This document shows positions 10,481 through 24,358 of a stretch of 64,000 bases of DNA, piece by piece. Source of the stretch: Lama guanicoe. Taxonomy: Eukaryota. The position numbers were made by a program, and so were the translations under genes. The notes beneath the pieces were generated by a model. The model saw nothing but the letters and a program-made list of their open reading frames with translations. It had not been told where the DNA came from and made no database searches. How positions within the stretch are numbered: position 1 is the stretch's first letter; each line of letters begins with the position of its first letter. The stretch lies in the NCBI GenBank assembly GCA_013239625.1, contig MU054391.1, forward strand, positions 9,457,095 to 9,521,094, in the 5' to 3' direction.

Positions 10481-13400
10481 TGCAATGTCACATACGCTCA
10501 AGTATAGTAGCGGTCATGTTGCGTTAAACCTGATTTCAGAGTCAAATGTGATACACATCATCTGCAAGATGTGGGAGCCCTTTGGGATGATGTATCCCAC
10601 AAGGCAGACTCCTGATCTAGGTTGTTTAAAAAGATAACTAAGGAAAAACCCAGCCTCCCCAGTCAGAAATGGCTGGTGGATAGTCTGGGAGCTGCTACCT
10701 CTGCGGGGCTGAGAAGTGGCTGTGTGGACAAAGGACAGGTGAGCGAGGCGGGAGGACCCCGCCCTCTCCGTGAGGCCGCACCTGCTGGGAGAATGCCCAG
10801 GGCACGCAGCAAGCGAACCAGAGCCCCGGATGCAGTGAGAACCCAGGAAACGGGGTGACGGGGAGCACTTCACAGAGCACAGAGCCATGTGGCAGAGCAG
10901 ATGGACAGGGCTGCCCCCTCCCCCACCCCACGTGGTGTCGGAACCCCTGGGACAAGAAGGTAAAGGTGACCCGTTACACAGTGCTTGGAGAGACAGCAGG
11001 GCTGTGAGCCCACAGCGGAGGGGACAGGGTTCTCGGTGTCCCCTCCTTGAGAAGCCTGCCTCCCCCCGCTGGTTGCCAGCCCCTGAGGCTCCTCTGGGCC
11101 AGGGAGGGTCTGTCCCTCCAGCACCTGACCTGCTGAAGTTCTCAAATAAAAGCCCGTCCCTTGTTGTATGTGTCAGGAACCCAGAAAGCTCACAGAAAAA
11201 TGTGTCCACGCATCTAAAGAGCAGCCTTCCAAGCATAAGGAACCCACTGGCCTGTGTCACCCTGGAGGGCAGAGGCGGCAGCGGGGAGAAGTCCCTGGGA
11301 GGCAGGGGTGCACACAAGAAAAGGGGGACACTGCTCAGAATGAAGGCTTTGCAGCCCGGCCCCTGCACAGGTGCTCCCCCAGGGCTGACTGCTCTGTTCT
11401 CCAGGAAGTCGCTCGCAGAGAGATGGCTGGATGACAAAGGCCCTTTCCAGCCCTGGCCTGTGACTGATCAAACCCTCAGACTGAACATATTTAAGATATT
11501 TGCCCCCTTCCCGCTCAGCAGAGGCAGCTCTGAGCCCATCTGCATTCACCACCCCCACCCCCTTCCCTGCAACCTGCAAACCTGGGGACGCTCGGAGACA
11601 TCATTATCGCATCACTTTGTGAGTGAATTAGGAGCAAACAATTCATTTCCCAGCTCTCCTGTCGAGTTTAAACATCAGACAGCAGGCTCAGATCAGGAGA
11701 AACCTGGCAGGTTTTATTGGGGGCCCAAAGCTAGGCTAAATACCGATTTTGAAAATCAGTGAAAAAAGGCAGCAGGGAAGGTATGTGTTTCCAGATTCCA
11801 AACATTCAGCCTCGGGGCGGAGCTCCTCCTGGTACCCAGCTCTGGTCCGAGGGCAGGGGCGATGCTGAGGACCCCCCAAACGGTGCTCTGAGCCCCTGGG
11901 ACCCAGGCTAGCAGAGGAGACTAACACATGGGACAGCCAGAAAGCCGCGGACCACTGACCTGAGCATGCCGGTCATGAGCACAGCCAGAGACCTCGCTGC
12001 TCGGGTGCCGGTCCCACGTCACGCCATGTTCCGGGGACCCGGGCGGTCAGACCCAGGCCCCACTGCGGAGGAGGCCACGCTGGTGGAGGACAGACAGTTG
12101 TCAGTGATCACCAGGGTCCCTGCAACAAAAACAGGTTGGAGGAAGGTGAGGGGCAGGGCCCTAAACCCAGTCTAGGGGTGTCTGGAAAGCTCCCGAGAGG
12201 AGGTGAAACATGACCTCAGTTCTGGAGAACAAGACACAGAGGCAAAGGGAAGGCCATTCCAGGCCGAGGGCAGCACCAGTGTGGGCACAGGCCTGGGGAC
12301 GTGATCAGGTGACAGCGGCTGCGGCCATCGCCAGGTGCTTACTGGACGAGGGGACCCCACCCGAGCCTTCAAAGCAAGACAGGATTAGCCCAGGGCCCCG
12401 AGCCTGGCATCACAAATAGAAGGAATTCCTCTCCAACAAGCTGCCTACTTGAAGGCCCAGACCAGCCCCTGCAGTTCCACAGAGAGCAGTGGCTGAAGTC
12501 TCGGCTCAGGCCAAACTCCAGCGTTGACTAGATCAAAAGAAGTATGAAATCCTGGCTTTGTCACAAGTGGTGACAAATATAAAGTTGAAAAAAAAAGAAG
12601 AATCTGTACCCTAGAGATCTGAGATTAATTTATCTAAATTCACAGCTTAGAGGTTTATTTCTTTACCTAAATTCATAGCAATCAGATAAAATGACTAAGG
12701 GAGCATCCATTGTTTATTCTCCTATTTTAGGAAAGAGAGAAGCATCTTAGACCCAAATCTTTGCTGCCCATCAATCCAGTCCTTTGAGCACGAATGACGT
12801 AGCTGGAATCAAGTGTTTTGGTTAACACCTGCATCGTCATTGCCCTGGATGGTTCCTGGTAATTACAGTCAGTTTGCCCCAAACCTCACTGGCTCTAGTT
12901 AGCTTTCCTGACTTACCAAGCCTCAGAGCCCCTCTGTTCCTTTAGGGTTAACCATGAGGTGAGAGTCACAAACATTAACCCTAAGTTTACAAGCCCATTC
13001 ATTCAGGCGTTGCTAGAGAGGGGCCTGGGGCACAGGCCTCCTCAGCGCAAAGCCCATCCAGACCGTTGCTCATGGCCCCAGGCAGGACTCACTGTCAGTT
13101 GTCTATAAAATGAAGATGGGGGTCTCGTCACCCAGGGGCAGGGATCTGCGCCAGAAGGTGGGAGCTCAGAAAGTGTGCATGTGGACAGGACCTAGAATAA
13201 GGGACCTGGAGCCAGAGAGGTCTGGGTTCAAGGTCCAGCTTCTCCAGCTTACAACTTCTCCCAAAAGAACCGTCTTTCCAGAAGCACAGGTAGACAGAGA
13301 GCAGGTGGGGTCAGGGTCCACGGTGCGGCAGGAGAATACAGGAGACCCAGCTGGTTCAAGGGAGTTTCTAGGCTCACACAGGTGAAACTCCCAGACGCTG

Positions 13401-14095
13401 CAGGAAATTGCCAGGGCTTTCAGAGTCACTTCAAGTAAGAAAAAAAAAAAAAAGTGGATAATGATTTCCAAAAGTCAGGGCAGGCAAAGTTCAGAAGCTG
13501 GCCCAGCGAGCTCGGTGTGAATTGCTGGCAGAAATCTACAGATGGGGACCAGCCAGGCAGGCAGTGATTTCCATCAGTGACGCTGATGTCGCCCGACTCA
13601 CCTTAGAAAGGGGCTGTGGACACAGTGTAGCTTGTTTGAGCAAAACATGTGATAAAATCCTTTTTTAAAAAAGCTGGGGAAGGACGAGCCATGTGCTGTG
13701 GTCTGAGGTGGCCGTTCCCAGGTGGGTCTGTAAGGCTGTTTTGTCGGGGAGCGGACAAGCTCTGTGCTGCCCCAGCAGGTCCCACGAGTGAATTTTTTTT
13801 ACGGAGGCATTGGTTGCCTCAACTTCCAAACAGTCAAAGCCGTTCAACAGCTCAGTGAGATTCTCTGTGAGCAGCTCTCCATCGCTGGAAGTATTCAACC
13901 AACATTCGCACCAACACCTGCCAGTGCTGCTTTAGAGCTGAACATACGGTTGGGGTCTAGAGTGAGACGACCCAAACTCAAGGACTTACTTGGCCAATTA
14001 CCACCCATGTGACCTTGGGAAATTCACACTTGGCTTCCTTCTACATAAAGTGAGGATACTTCTTTACAAAGAGGTTATGAGTTACAGAGAGATTA

Positions 14096-14613
14096 TGTTA
14101 CCAAGTCCAAACTCGTTCTGCTCTCCACAGGACAGGCCAATAAATTGGGAGACAAGGTGTTGGTGCAAGGAATAGCGACTTTATTCGGAAAGCCAGCAGA
14201 TCGAGAAGATGGCAGACTAACGTCTTGGAGAACCATCTTACCCAAGTCAGAATTACAGCTCTTTTTATACTAAAAAGGGGAGGAGGTGTGATTGGTTGTT
14301 GCAAACTTGCTGTAGGAATTCTTTGTTCTTGCAGCTGTCCACCTGGGTCAGGTCACAGTGCCCCTGTGAAACCTCTAATAAAACAGTTACTTTCTATTCT
14401 GCAACTTGTTATCTTTATGTAAGTGCAAAAGTGTTAATATCCTTAAAGGTCAGAGCCTTGAGATCAGGCTCTCCTGTTTACCAGGCAGGCTAAAGGCAAC
14501 ATTCTTTTGCAAAAGGTGCAGAGCTAGCAAGACTAAGCCTAGAAAACAGGGCACGGGGTTAAAGCCAAAAGGACAGATCTAATATGGAGTCAGATTTGCT
14601 CTTTTCTATTACA
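14096..14613 (-). mobile_element. Solo ERV1-type LTR (518 bp) inserted in a MIR
   Basis: TGttacc...tattaCA termini. On the minus strand: CCAAT (14291-14295), TATAAAAA (14262-14269), AATAAA (14180-14185). Imperfect 4-bp TSD atta/ctta. MIR sequence on both sides (~13935-14095, ~14614-14697). Confidence 0.85.
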
Positions 14614-15734
14614 CTTATAAGTCATAAATTAAACAAGATGATGTCCATAAAAGCATTTTATAAGCTAAAAAATGCTGTGCTAATGTGTGTTATCATTAAG
14701 ATTTTAGGAGCTTGGAAATAAAGGACTCTCGAGGCTAGTAGCATTTCCTACAGACGGCAGTGTTTGACGCTGGCACTCTGAAGCCTGGATAGAAATAAAG
14801 TGCTGGGGAGTGCGCCCCGCCAGCTCTGGCATGCAGTGCACAGACTGTTACTCAAGCTCCTCGTTCGGCTGTAATGATTATTTTAAAGCATCCAGGCCAG
14901 CTACTGAATCAGCTTGTAAATTGGCATATTTTTATTCCAGTTTATTCCGAGTTGGAAAAAATGATGTACCAGGTAGTCTTCAGGTCCACAGACAGATGAT
15001 GAAATTCCCCACCTAACTAAAGAAGGTGACAGATGGAAATGAGTTTCATGACATTGTAGCCCAGGCTCACAGCTGGGCTTGGAGCAAGTTTGCCGGGCTG
15101 TTCACGGGGCCTCGGTGGCGAGAAGGACGTTGTAGCTGGACAGGGTTAGTTTCCTCTTTTTCCCTCAGAGGGGCTGTAGAGACACCGTGGTTTGGGGCTG
15201 CCTCTCAGCCGTGACTTCTGGGCGTCCCGCCGGCACCTCCAGCCCGAAAAGCCCCTTCCTGGTGTCTGGGGAGCCCGGCTGCATTTCGTTCTCATTTGCT
15301 GTGCGCCTTCTGCTTTCTCACGTGATTCAATCAGGGAGAATCTGTTGAGCAAAACTTCGTCTCTCCTGTGAGTAAGACTGGGTCCAGCCCTGTCCCAACA
15401 CGGGATCCTTCTGACCTAAAAGCCACCAAAGGTGGGTCACCGAGCTGACCCTGCGTTTATTACTGCCATCTCCCCAGGGTTCCAGCACTCTGGCCATGGA
15501 CACCGTGAGGGTATCAGATCTGGTGAATTTCCAGGGACCCTGTCTATCCAGGGATGGAGCCAGGGGAACATGTAAGCGGAGACTGCTCGGTTAATTCTAA
15601 AGGATCCCTGCATGAAAAAGATGGTTGAACTGTGTGATTCTGAAGAACATTTCCAGAGCCCTAATTGATTATAAATTTGCCATGGCAGAGTAGTTAAATT
15701 TCTAAAATATTAGAACGCTCTATAGCAAAACAAC

Positions 15735-15920
15735 ATTAGCTTTTGGGCTCTGCCACTTAACGAATTCAACGTCCTTGGGCAAGCAACTCGTTCTCACTGA
15801 TACTCCATTTTCCATCTTAAATAAGGATGAAAAATCCCTACCTCCCAGAAGAAATTTAAGTTCAAGGGCGTCTAAAAGCTTGACGGGCACATAGTAGGGA
15901 CTCAGTAAACGTTAGTTCCC
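15735..15920 (+). mobile_element. MIR SINE
   Basis: ctctgccacttaac...ccttgggcaagc...ggcacatagtagggactcagtaaacgttag. Confidence 0.7.
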
Positions 15921-17148
15921 TTCCCTTCCCCTGCGACTCCGACAAGAGCTTCTATTTGTCTTCAAGGACTCGTCTGTCAGAAGGCCTGACAGATCGTGCA
16001 CCCAGAAAGAGGGGAGCTCCCAGGACACAAGTCAAGCGAGAGAGATGCTGTTCCCATCTCCTCCGCTTCGGTGGGAAGTTTCTAAGACCACTGCCCTTGC
16101 AGCTGCAGACGCCTTCCTCTCCACACTCTGACTTCCACAGGGGCCTGGTGCTGTTTTTCCCTGTGGCTTGCAGGGGAAGTGGACCCCCCTTTTCTGAATC
16201 CAGGAGCAGATGGTGCCCTGCCAGGGGTCCAGAAAGCAGAGCCACCCACCTCCCAGCCAGGCCGTGTTCCGGACGCTGCATTTTACAGCATGATATTCGC
16301 AAGGCTCTGCATTTCTAGACGTAGTAAATCTTCCTTCTTCCCGCAGAAGTAATTGCCATACACGCATAAAACTGACTGTTGAAAAAGTTTCAGCCCGTTT
16401 CTCTGTTCCCTTTCCACCGCGTAAGCATTCCTCCAGATCCCGGCTCGGTTGCCCAGATGGTCTATGAGAAGAAATCAACAACTCATCACCGGGCGTTTCT
16501 GGGAGCCAAGACACACAGAAGGTTGATGTTTCACAATGGAAAGGTAAGTAGCTCGCACAAGGCAGAACCCAGGGTAATAAAAGCTCCTCTTATTTCATAT
16601 TCTCTTTCACAGTGGTAGGTTTTATTCTGAATCGCACTAGACGCTTGACAAGCATAAAAAGCAACCATTTCCTGCCCGAAATATGTTGCCTTCTGAGTTC
16701 TTTTTGTTTCCTTGAGCTGAGCCCGCCAGGTAAGAGAAGGCTGTTCTCCGTGGGGGGGGGGCAGCAGTGTGGAGAAAGGTGTCACTGTTTGCACTGGGAC
16801 CAGGGGAGGAACTGTGGGGGGGCCGGCATCCTCCTCCCCAGGCCTCTTCCTAAAGCGGGTGGGGGATGGGGGCTCTCCAACAGGGCAGGGGAACAGGTCA
16901 CCAGGCACAGGGGATGTGGTTGCCCGTGTGTGATGCTAACGTTGCCCGTGGAATTGAGTTCAAGTCCATAGACTGCTGTGGCCATCTTTCTGTGCTGGGC
17001 ACAAACTCTGCAGAACATAATTTCTAATGCTACGTGTCTTGAATCCAGTGACTTGTCACCCTCAAAAAGGTTCTGATTCAGTGCTTCCTGACCCTTCTGG
17101 ATTTTTGAGAATACAGAGAAAGCCATGGGCATCCTCCCCCAGTCTTAT

Positions 17149-17170
17149 ACACACACACACACACACACAC
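17149..17170. repeat. (AC)11 microsatellite
   Basis: Direct read. Confidence 0.95.
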
Positions 17171-17919
17171 GCTGAACAATTTTGCATGCAATTTCAGGGG
17201 TCTCTCAGACCCCCTGAAGCCCATCCATGCAACCCTAGGGGTCAGTAGATCCCCAAGTTAAGCACTTTGTGCAATTTGTGCCCATCCTAGGAAATAACTT
17301 CGTAAGACATCTTTCTTCCTTTGAATGTAAGCTGTCTGAGGGCAACGTTACCTCCCGTTCAGCTCCATATTTCCCATGGCCGTTAACCCGGGATCAAGTG
17401 GTAATGAGAGATGAATTCCACGTCCAAATCAGCACTGGCCCCAGGCCCACTAGGTGACTTTGCTTAATCTATTAACTGAAAAATATCCTACCCACAAGCA
17501 CAGAGTGTAGAATTGTAGCACACCTCCAGTGGAGGGCTCGTTCCCGACCCTCTAAACCAGACAAACCCTCCCACTCAGACCCAGGCTCCGAGCCTGCAGC
17601 TCCCAGTGCCTGTTCTGCGCATCTCCACAGCGTGACCCCCTCACCTGCCCTGCTTCCTGGACCACCTCCTCAACGCCCCGAAGTGCCCTCCCACGGCTCT
17701 GTTGATACTAACTGGACACCCAAGAAGCATGGGTGCCCTTTCTTTCCACCAGAAGCAGGAGTATCTAAACATTTCGTAGATGCCCCTCCAGGTAAGGGCA
17801 GGTCTGCAAGGGTCGGATAGGCCCAAGTGCAGGCATGAGAACTGAGGAAGGCGGAGGACAGAAATGTAATGGAAAGAGGAGTGGATTTGGTTGGAAAATA
17901 CCCAGGTTCTACTGCAGGC

Positions 17920-18040
17920 TTTGAGGCTCACATCCCGGGCTGCGCTGGGCACATCACTTAACCTGTCTTCACCTGTTTCCTCATCTGTAAATTGAGGATG
18001 ACGGTATTTACCTCGCAGTGTTGTTCTGAGAATCCAAGGC
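17920..18040 (+). mobile_element. MIR SINE fragment
   Basis: cacttaacctgtcttcacctgtttcctcatctgtaaattgaggatg. Confidence 0.7.
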
Positions 18041-19989
18041 TGGGGACGTGCCTTGTCAACTGTGGAGAAGTGAGGAGGAAGAACAGAAATGTCCCCACTC
18101 CTGGTGCACAGCCACTCTGCACACCCGGGCGGCGGGGACGGTGCCCGCGGGAAGCCAGGAGCCTGCCAGGACCTTCTGCACCCACCCTGTGAGGTCATCC
18201 TGTGAGCTGAGGGGCCCGAGCAACAGCGCTGATCCCGGTAACCTCCGTGCCTTGGGATAGACCAGCCCCAGGCCACCACCGGGACCGGGGGTCCTGAACT
18301 TCTACAGCAATTACCCTTTTTCTGACAAACTCTGGCCCCCACCACTCTCAGCACCGCGGTTCACAGCCAGCTAATAAGCCTGGGGCGGAGGAGAGCAGGG
18401 CGGCAGATCCCGTCGCCATGGCAACTCCTGCAGGTGCTCCGGGAAGGAATGACAAGGCCAAGGGGGTGGGGCTGCTTTTCTCTCCCTTTCATCCAGTCTC
18501 AAAGTGAGAGAGGTCACCACGGGGTGAGGGAGGCAGCAGCAGACACACAAGGGCCCTTGCCTGGGGTTTCACAGCCGGTAAACGCCGACGGGGGACTGCT
18601 CCTCGGATCTGCTTGTCCCTCTGCACCGCTCAGCAAACATCCCCACTTCAGGACACCATGTCTCTGCTGCACAGACTTCCCAACCAAGCCGCCTCTCCAG
18701 ACTTTCAGATACCTGTTCCCTGCCACTGTCTGAAGGACATTTACGTTAGGGCCGCTGCCAGGCCCCAGCTCCCGACCCCCCTCCTGCGCCTGCCTGCCGG
18801 AACAGAGCCTGCTTGCTGCAGCGCTGACCCAGTGGAGTCTGTCCCCAGGATCCAGCTGTCCTTGGAGGAGGCGGGGAAGGCCCCTCTCATCTTGGGTGGC
18901 CCAATCACTAAGATTAAGCCCATGGACCTGCCACGTGGCGAAGGCCCATATGTGGGAGCTGGTGACGGGGGCGGGGGGTGACGAGCAGGCAGAGGACTCA
19001 GTGATGGCTGGTGAAAAATGAGGGACTTGCGTAGGCGTCCAAGTCCTTAGACCTGGGGTTCCCTGCCCTTTCTGAGAGGAAACCGCTGCCCCTCGCTTCG
19101 TTCTGAGCGGTCCTCTATCAACAGCACCCACGTTTCTCCCACCTTGCACACCGTCTGAGGCTGTGAGCCCCAGTCTGGTGCGGCGGCAACCATTGTGCCC
19201 TTCTCTCCAGGGACCTCTCCTCTCGCTGCTCCTGGAAACTGAGCGCCTCCACCCCTTGGAAGAGGCTCAGAAGAGGCATCAGGAACCAGGAGGGAGGAAA
19301 TCAGGCGTGGGGGCAGGGTGGGGGGGACCTTTCCACACCCTGAGAATACCTGGCAGGCTGCCTATTCCCCTACAGGGAGCACCAGCGACATCATGGCCCC
19401 TGGGGAACTAGGAGGTAGATTTAGGTGTGGAGAGCTCTGCCACTCACAGGCTGGGTAATGTCTCTCTCTGTGCCTCAGTTTCCCCCACTGAAAGTTGGGG
19501 ACTAATATGACCAACCTCACAGAGCTGTTGTCAGAATGGAAGGACATGGTGTGCTGTTCCAGGGAAGATGGAGTTTTGGCAGGATGAGCAGAGGTGCCCA
19601 AGCTCCAGCCCCACCCCAGGCATTTACTATAATAAACAAGGACTTACAAAGGAGGGGCTTGCCCCCCAGGACTCAAACCAGGGAAGGGCACAGGTCACCT
19701 GTCTGCCAAGGATGCTTGAACAGGAGCAGCGGCCACTCCGTAGGATGGACTCCCGGATTCCACTTGTGGTGGGAACTCCTGGGGCTGGAGTCCTACGATT
19801 GCCCCAGCTCAGCTCAGTTTCTTGGGTGTAATCCAGCTCAGTTTCTTTGCTGGGGCATCTGCCATCCAGAGCCCAGAGCATCCCTGCATTGCTTATCATG
19901 AACAGTCCCTCCACTTGGAAGGAAGATGGTGAACAAGATGCCACGATGCTGACTGCTGCTCAGAAAAAGCACAAACAACAGAACACCTG

Positions 19990-20381
19990 TTCATTGTATG
20001 TCTATGCATACAATGAAATATTATTCAGCCTAAAAATGGAGGGAAATTCTGAAGTGTGCCACAATGTGGATGAACCTTGGGTATATGACACTGCACAAAA
20101 TAAACCCGTCACTGAGAGACCAACAGTGTGTGATTCCACTCATGAGGCTCCTAGAAGAGTCAAAGCTGTAGAGACAGAAAGGAGGACGGCGGTTGCCAGG
20201 GAATGAGAGCAGGGAAATGGGGAGATCTTTAGTGGGTGTAGATTTTCAGTTCTGCAAGATGAAAACGTTCTGGAGACGGGTCACTCAGCTATGTGAGTGT
20301 CCTTAGCACTGCTGAACTGCGCTCTTCGAAATGGTTAAGATGGCAAACTTTATGATACATGTTTTTTTACCGCAATTAAAA
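19990..20381 (+). mobile_element. L1MB-type LINE 3' end
   Basis: catacaatgaaatattattcagcctaaaaa...gatgaacctt...ggttgccaggg...ctgaactgcgctcttcgaaatggttaagatggcaaactttatg...caattaaa. Confidence 0.85.
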
Positions 20382-21574
20382 CACACACACACTGCTTGGG
20401 GACATGGAACAGTGTAGAGGTTTGAGCCTCTGAGACCACAAGGTTCAGATCTTAGTTCTGCCACCTACTGACTGTGTGATTTGCGGACATTGTTTAATCT
20501 CTGAGCCTCACCGTGCTCTACAGAACACATTAAAAAATCGTATCTAGCAGCAAGGTGATTGTGAAGCTATACCTATAAAGGATGTTGCAAGTTTCATTAA
20601 AAATAGCCACCAATCCAAACATGATGTAAAAGGCTTTGCTTATCGGGTGAAGAGGCTTCTCTTGTAGACCCTGAGAGCTGCGGGGGGGCTGTAAGTTGAG
20701 GGAGGACGAGGTTAGACACCTGTTTTAGAAAGATGGTTTTGGTGGTCGCAGGGAAGGGGCAGGGACTGGAAGTAAGGAGACCAGGGAGAGCAGGGTGGGA
20801 ACCGGGTGAAGAGGGGGCCTGCATGTCTGCTGGGGTAGAGAGGCCACTTGAAGAAGCATTCGGGGACTTGACCCAGCCTTGTAGGCGAAGGCGATGAAAA
20901 GGGCAGGCTCAGTGATGTCCAGGTGAGCATCACTGCAGGATTCCCTGCAAACCGGAAACGCTCGGGCACGCCTGTGGACCACAGCGGCAGGGTCAGGAGG
21001 CACCACGGCGGGGAGGTAAGTCACAGCTCACGGAACTTTCAAACAACTAAACCTGTCGGCCCAGGGACAAGCTGCTTTGTGAGACATCCTCCAGGCCGAG
21101 ATGCGAGGCCCTGGAGCAGAGTCCCAGTGGAAGCGGGTGGGAGGCTGGACCACGCGACCTACCTGCAAGGTCCCTGCCGTCCCCAGGCCTCTGATCTCCT
21201 GCTCCCTCACAGGGGGACCGATCCTTTCCCATCTGCTAACCAGGGAGAGCTTGAGAGAGAAACGGTGGCACAGTGACTGAACTTGGATGGAAGTGGAGTG
21301 TGGGGAAAGCAGTGTGGGGTTACCTGGAATGAGGTCTTTTTTCTAAATGGGGGCATCCCTTCTCTAGGGCGGGGTGACAAAACCACTTTAATAAGAGGTT
21401 AACACGAAAGGGTTCAGAGACCTCCTTCTTCACCTGACGGAGCTTGAATACATTCTGGGTCATCTCCTTAACCCAAGGGGACAATGGTTACTGACCCTCT
21501 GGCCGTGGTCCACCCCCTTTATCAAAGTGCACCGCCATTGCGACTGTGAGCAGGACGCAGAAAGCCGGAATTCT

Positions 21575-21810
21575 CCAGGAGTATGGCGACCTGCAAAAGC
21601 TGGGCTTTGGAATCATGTTGATGGGAGTTCAAATCCTGACCCTCCCTTGTAGGGAGACCTCGGGCAAGTCAACTCACTCTCTGAGCTGGTTTTCTCAAAT
21701 ATAAATGAGGAGTCATATCTGCTTTCCTTGTTGGAGTGGCTTGTGGATAACTGTTGACATACATGAAACTTGCACACATACAGGTGCTCAATACACTGGT
21801 CCTTTTATTG
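21575..21810 (+). mobile_element. MIR SINE
   Basis: gggctttggaatca...gagttcaaatcctgac...gacctcgggcaagtcaactcactctctgagc...caggtgctcaata. Confidence 0.75.
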
Positions 21811-23309
21811 TTTGTATTGCTAGTACCAGCAAAGAGCAAAATGTCTTCCCGTTAAAGCAAAGGAGTTGTTAAAAATGGGCTCCAAGCAAATTGACCAAAT
21901 GACAGGAGGAGACCTCCTCCCATCTCCTGGGAAGACACAAGAAGCAGCGAGGACTAACTTGGACACGGGGACGACGGAGGCAGGCATGGCTGTACAGACG
22001 ACCTTCTGCACAGCTCTCCTCTGCTCGAGCCAGGGCCCTCATCCTGACACCCCTCCCCTCCCCCAGGCCCCTGGAAGCACCCCCCACCTCCCGACTGAAC
22101 TGGAGCCTCACAACAGTGGAGCCCTGCAGACAGGAAACAGACATAGAAAAAGCCAAGAAGGGAGGCTGCCAACATCATACACTCGCCAGGCGGGTTTTCA
22201 AACCCAGTTCCCTGACTCAGCCCGGGGCTTTCCCGTAAGCTCGCTGCCTCGGCAGCAGGCATGGCGCTGGTCAGGACAACGCCAGTCCCGTCCCCAGGCG
22301 GAGGGTTCCCTGCAGGACAGTGGGGGTCCCCCTCCTGCTGGCTGGCTAGTTAAGCATCGGGGTCCCCCCACCTCTACAGCCCCTCCAGGGCCGTCGGAAT
22401 CACACACCCTACGGCTCCTCTCACCGGCTGACCTTTGTCCAGGGCTCTCGTTTCTGAAACCGGCGTCCTGTGCAGCACCCTGACAGCCCCTGGGGAGGGG
22501 ACCCTCACACTCCGGGAGTTTTTAACGCCAGCGTCCGAGTCCGAGCTGCTCTTCGTTTTACCCCTAAGGGTTTGATGCAGGTCGCCCCAGCTCCCAGCTG
22601 TGAGCAATCTGGAGATCACAGCTCTCGAGTCGGCCACGTGAGTCTCGGGTCAGGACTCGGCTCCTTCCAAGCCCCGCGTCTCACAGCTCCCCCTGCCGGT
22701 GGAGAGAGAGCCCCGCGCACGGATCCTCGAACAAGAGGCTCCTCTTCCTCGCAAGCCCGGGCACGGCCGGTAGCCTATTTGCCGACGTTCACATCTTCTA
22801 AGCCATCTTCGCTTTATGAGTTTGGAGTTATTGGGAAGAGATAAGGAGGAGACACTAAGGCCCCAGCTCTTGGAGCTAAACGAGGAGGGAGCTGCTGCGT
22901 TCACAGTTAACTGGAGAAAAACCGCAGCCTCCCTCCAAACAACAGGGCAAACCTGCATTTGAATGCTCGCCTGCTACACTGATCATAATGAGCTCTCCTT
23001 CCAAAAAGGTAAGACCCAGTTGCCAAGGGGAGGAGGAAGCTCAGCAGACACAGGGACGGGGCTGACTGGGAACCACAACCCCAGGTCCAGATTTCGCTGC
23101 AGGTTAAATCCGTGATGGCCCTTTCATCCCCTTTGTCAGTTGCTCCCTCCTTGGAGAGCCGGCTCCTGGCGGGGGGAAGAGCACCGGCTTTGGCAGGCCA
23201 GCCTCCTGTGGCCCAGCCGGACGCTTCCGCAGTGGGAATGGCATGGAGAGAGGGGGCCAGAGAGATGAGAAGCCAGTGACCTAAAGGGAATCCTGCTCCT
23301 TCCACTGGC

Positions 23310-23435
23310 TGTGGTTTCACACCACGGGGGCCTCGCCCCTGGAGAGTCTAATTTAATTGGTCAGGGATGGGGGGGTGGGGGACTCGGCTCCGGTGTTTTC
23401 ACTCCTGCTCAGGTGATTCTAATGTGCGGCCATGA
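23310..23435. mobile_element. MER5A-like fragment
   Basis: gagtctaatttaattggtcagggatggg...caggtgattctaatgtgcggcca. Confidence 0.6.
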
Positions 23436-24082
23436 CATAACCATGGGGCCCACGGGTCTTCGAGGTGGGAAGGTGGGGATTAACACTTGTGAAGTCCTTG
23501 CCTCGCCCTCATTTCAGTAAGCTGGGTGCTGCCACAGTAACTGTCCACAGAGAATGTTGATGGTAGTCAAACCTCCCATACCTTCCGGGAACCCTGAAAT
23601 AGTCAGGAAGGTGTGAGTGAAGGCCCCGAGGTCTGCTGAGAAGTGGGGAGCCTGTTCATTTCAGTGTCAGAGCTGTTGAACAGAGACGAAGTGCACCCCA
23701 CCGTTTAGAAGGCTGCCGCATCGGCAGGCAGGTGCAAAGACTCAAAGGTCATTTCCCAACCCCCATCTGCACTGGTATTATCAGTTCGTGAATGAGGGGG
23801 AGGGAAAATACAGGGTAGTGTCATTCAAATCCCCCCCCCCCAAATTCGTCCAGGTTCCTCAGCAGAGGACCTGAGGAGCCATGAGGACTGGCATGAACAC
23901 AGCATCGTGGCCAAGGGCTAGGTTCCAAGTTGGGCTACCTAAGATTGCATCCTGGTTCCATTACTTACTAGCTGTGTGTTCTTGAGTGAATGACTTACCC
24001 TCTCTGTACCTCATTTCCTTATAAGGTTGTCATGAGGATTGAATGAGTGACTGCATTTAAAGCTGGGGTATATGTTTGGGGG

Positions 24083-24358
24083 AAATTTTCCGCAGCTGAA
24101 GCAGGGGCCCAGCACCATTGTTAGAGAAGGGAGTCCCATGGCAGAGAGGCAGGGCACAGGGTGGCTGATACACAATAGCATTATCTTGTTGAACTGCTAC
24201 TATCTGGAAAGGCATTGTTAGTCCTACTGTGCATGAGAAAGTGAGTCTCAGAGGGAGGAAGTGGGTTGCCCAAAGGGCTCCTGGCCTTCAGGCCTAGGCC
24301 ATCTGACCCCCAAGGCTCAGCTCCAATCTGCTCACCCTGGGGTGCATTTTCCAGGCAA
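24083..24358 (+). repeat. Left arm of a local inverted duplication (partner 26111-26369)
   Basis: 24177-24240 matches the reverse complement of 26227-26290 at 60/64 positions; 24093-24112 matches rc(26341-26360) at 20/20 (hand alignment). Confidence 0.9.

Noticed and set aside
10514..11762. Longest ORFs in the track (307 aa on -, 291 aa on +, overlapping)
   Set aside because: Pro/Gly/Ser/Arg-rich translations typical of GC-rich non-coding DNA, overlapping on both strands, with no recognisable domain or gene context.
17641..19149. 237-aa and 211-aa minus-strand ORFs downstream of NBAS
   Set aside because: Low-complexity GC-driven composition, the first runs through a MIR, and neither resembles a known protein.
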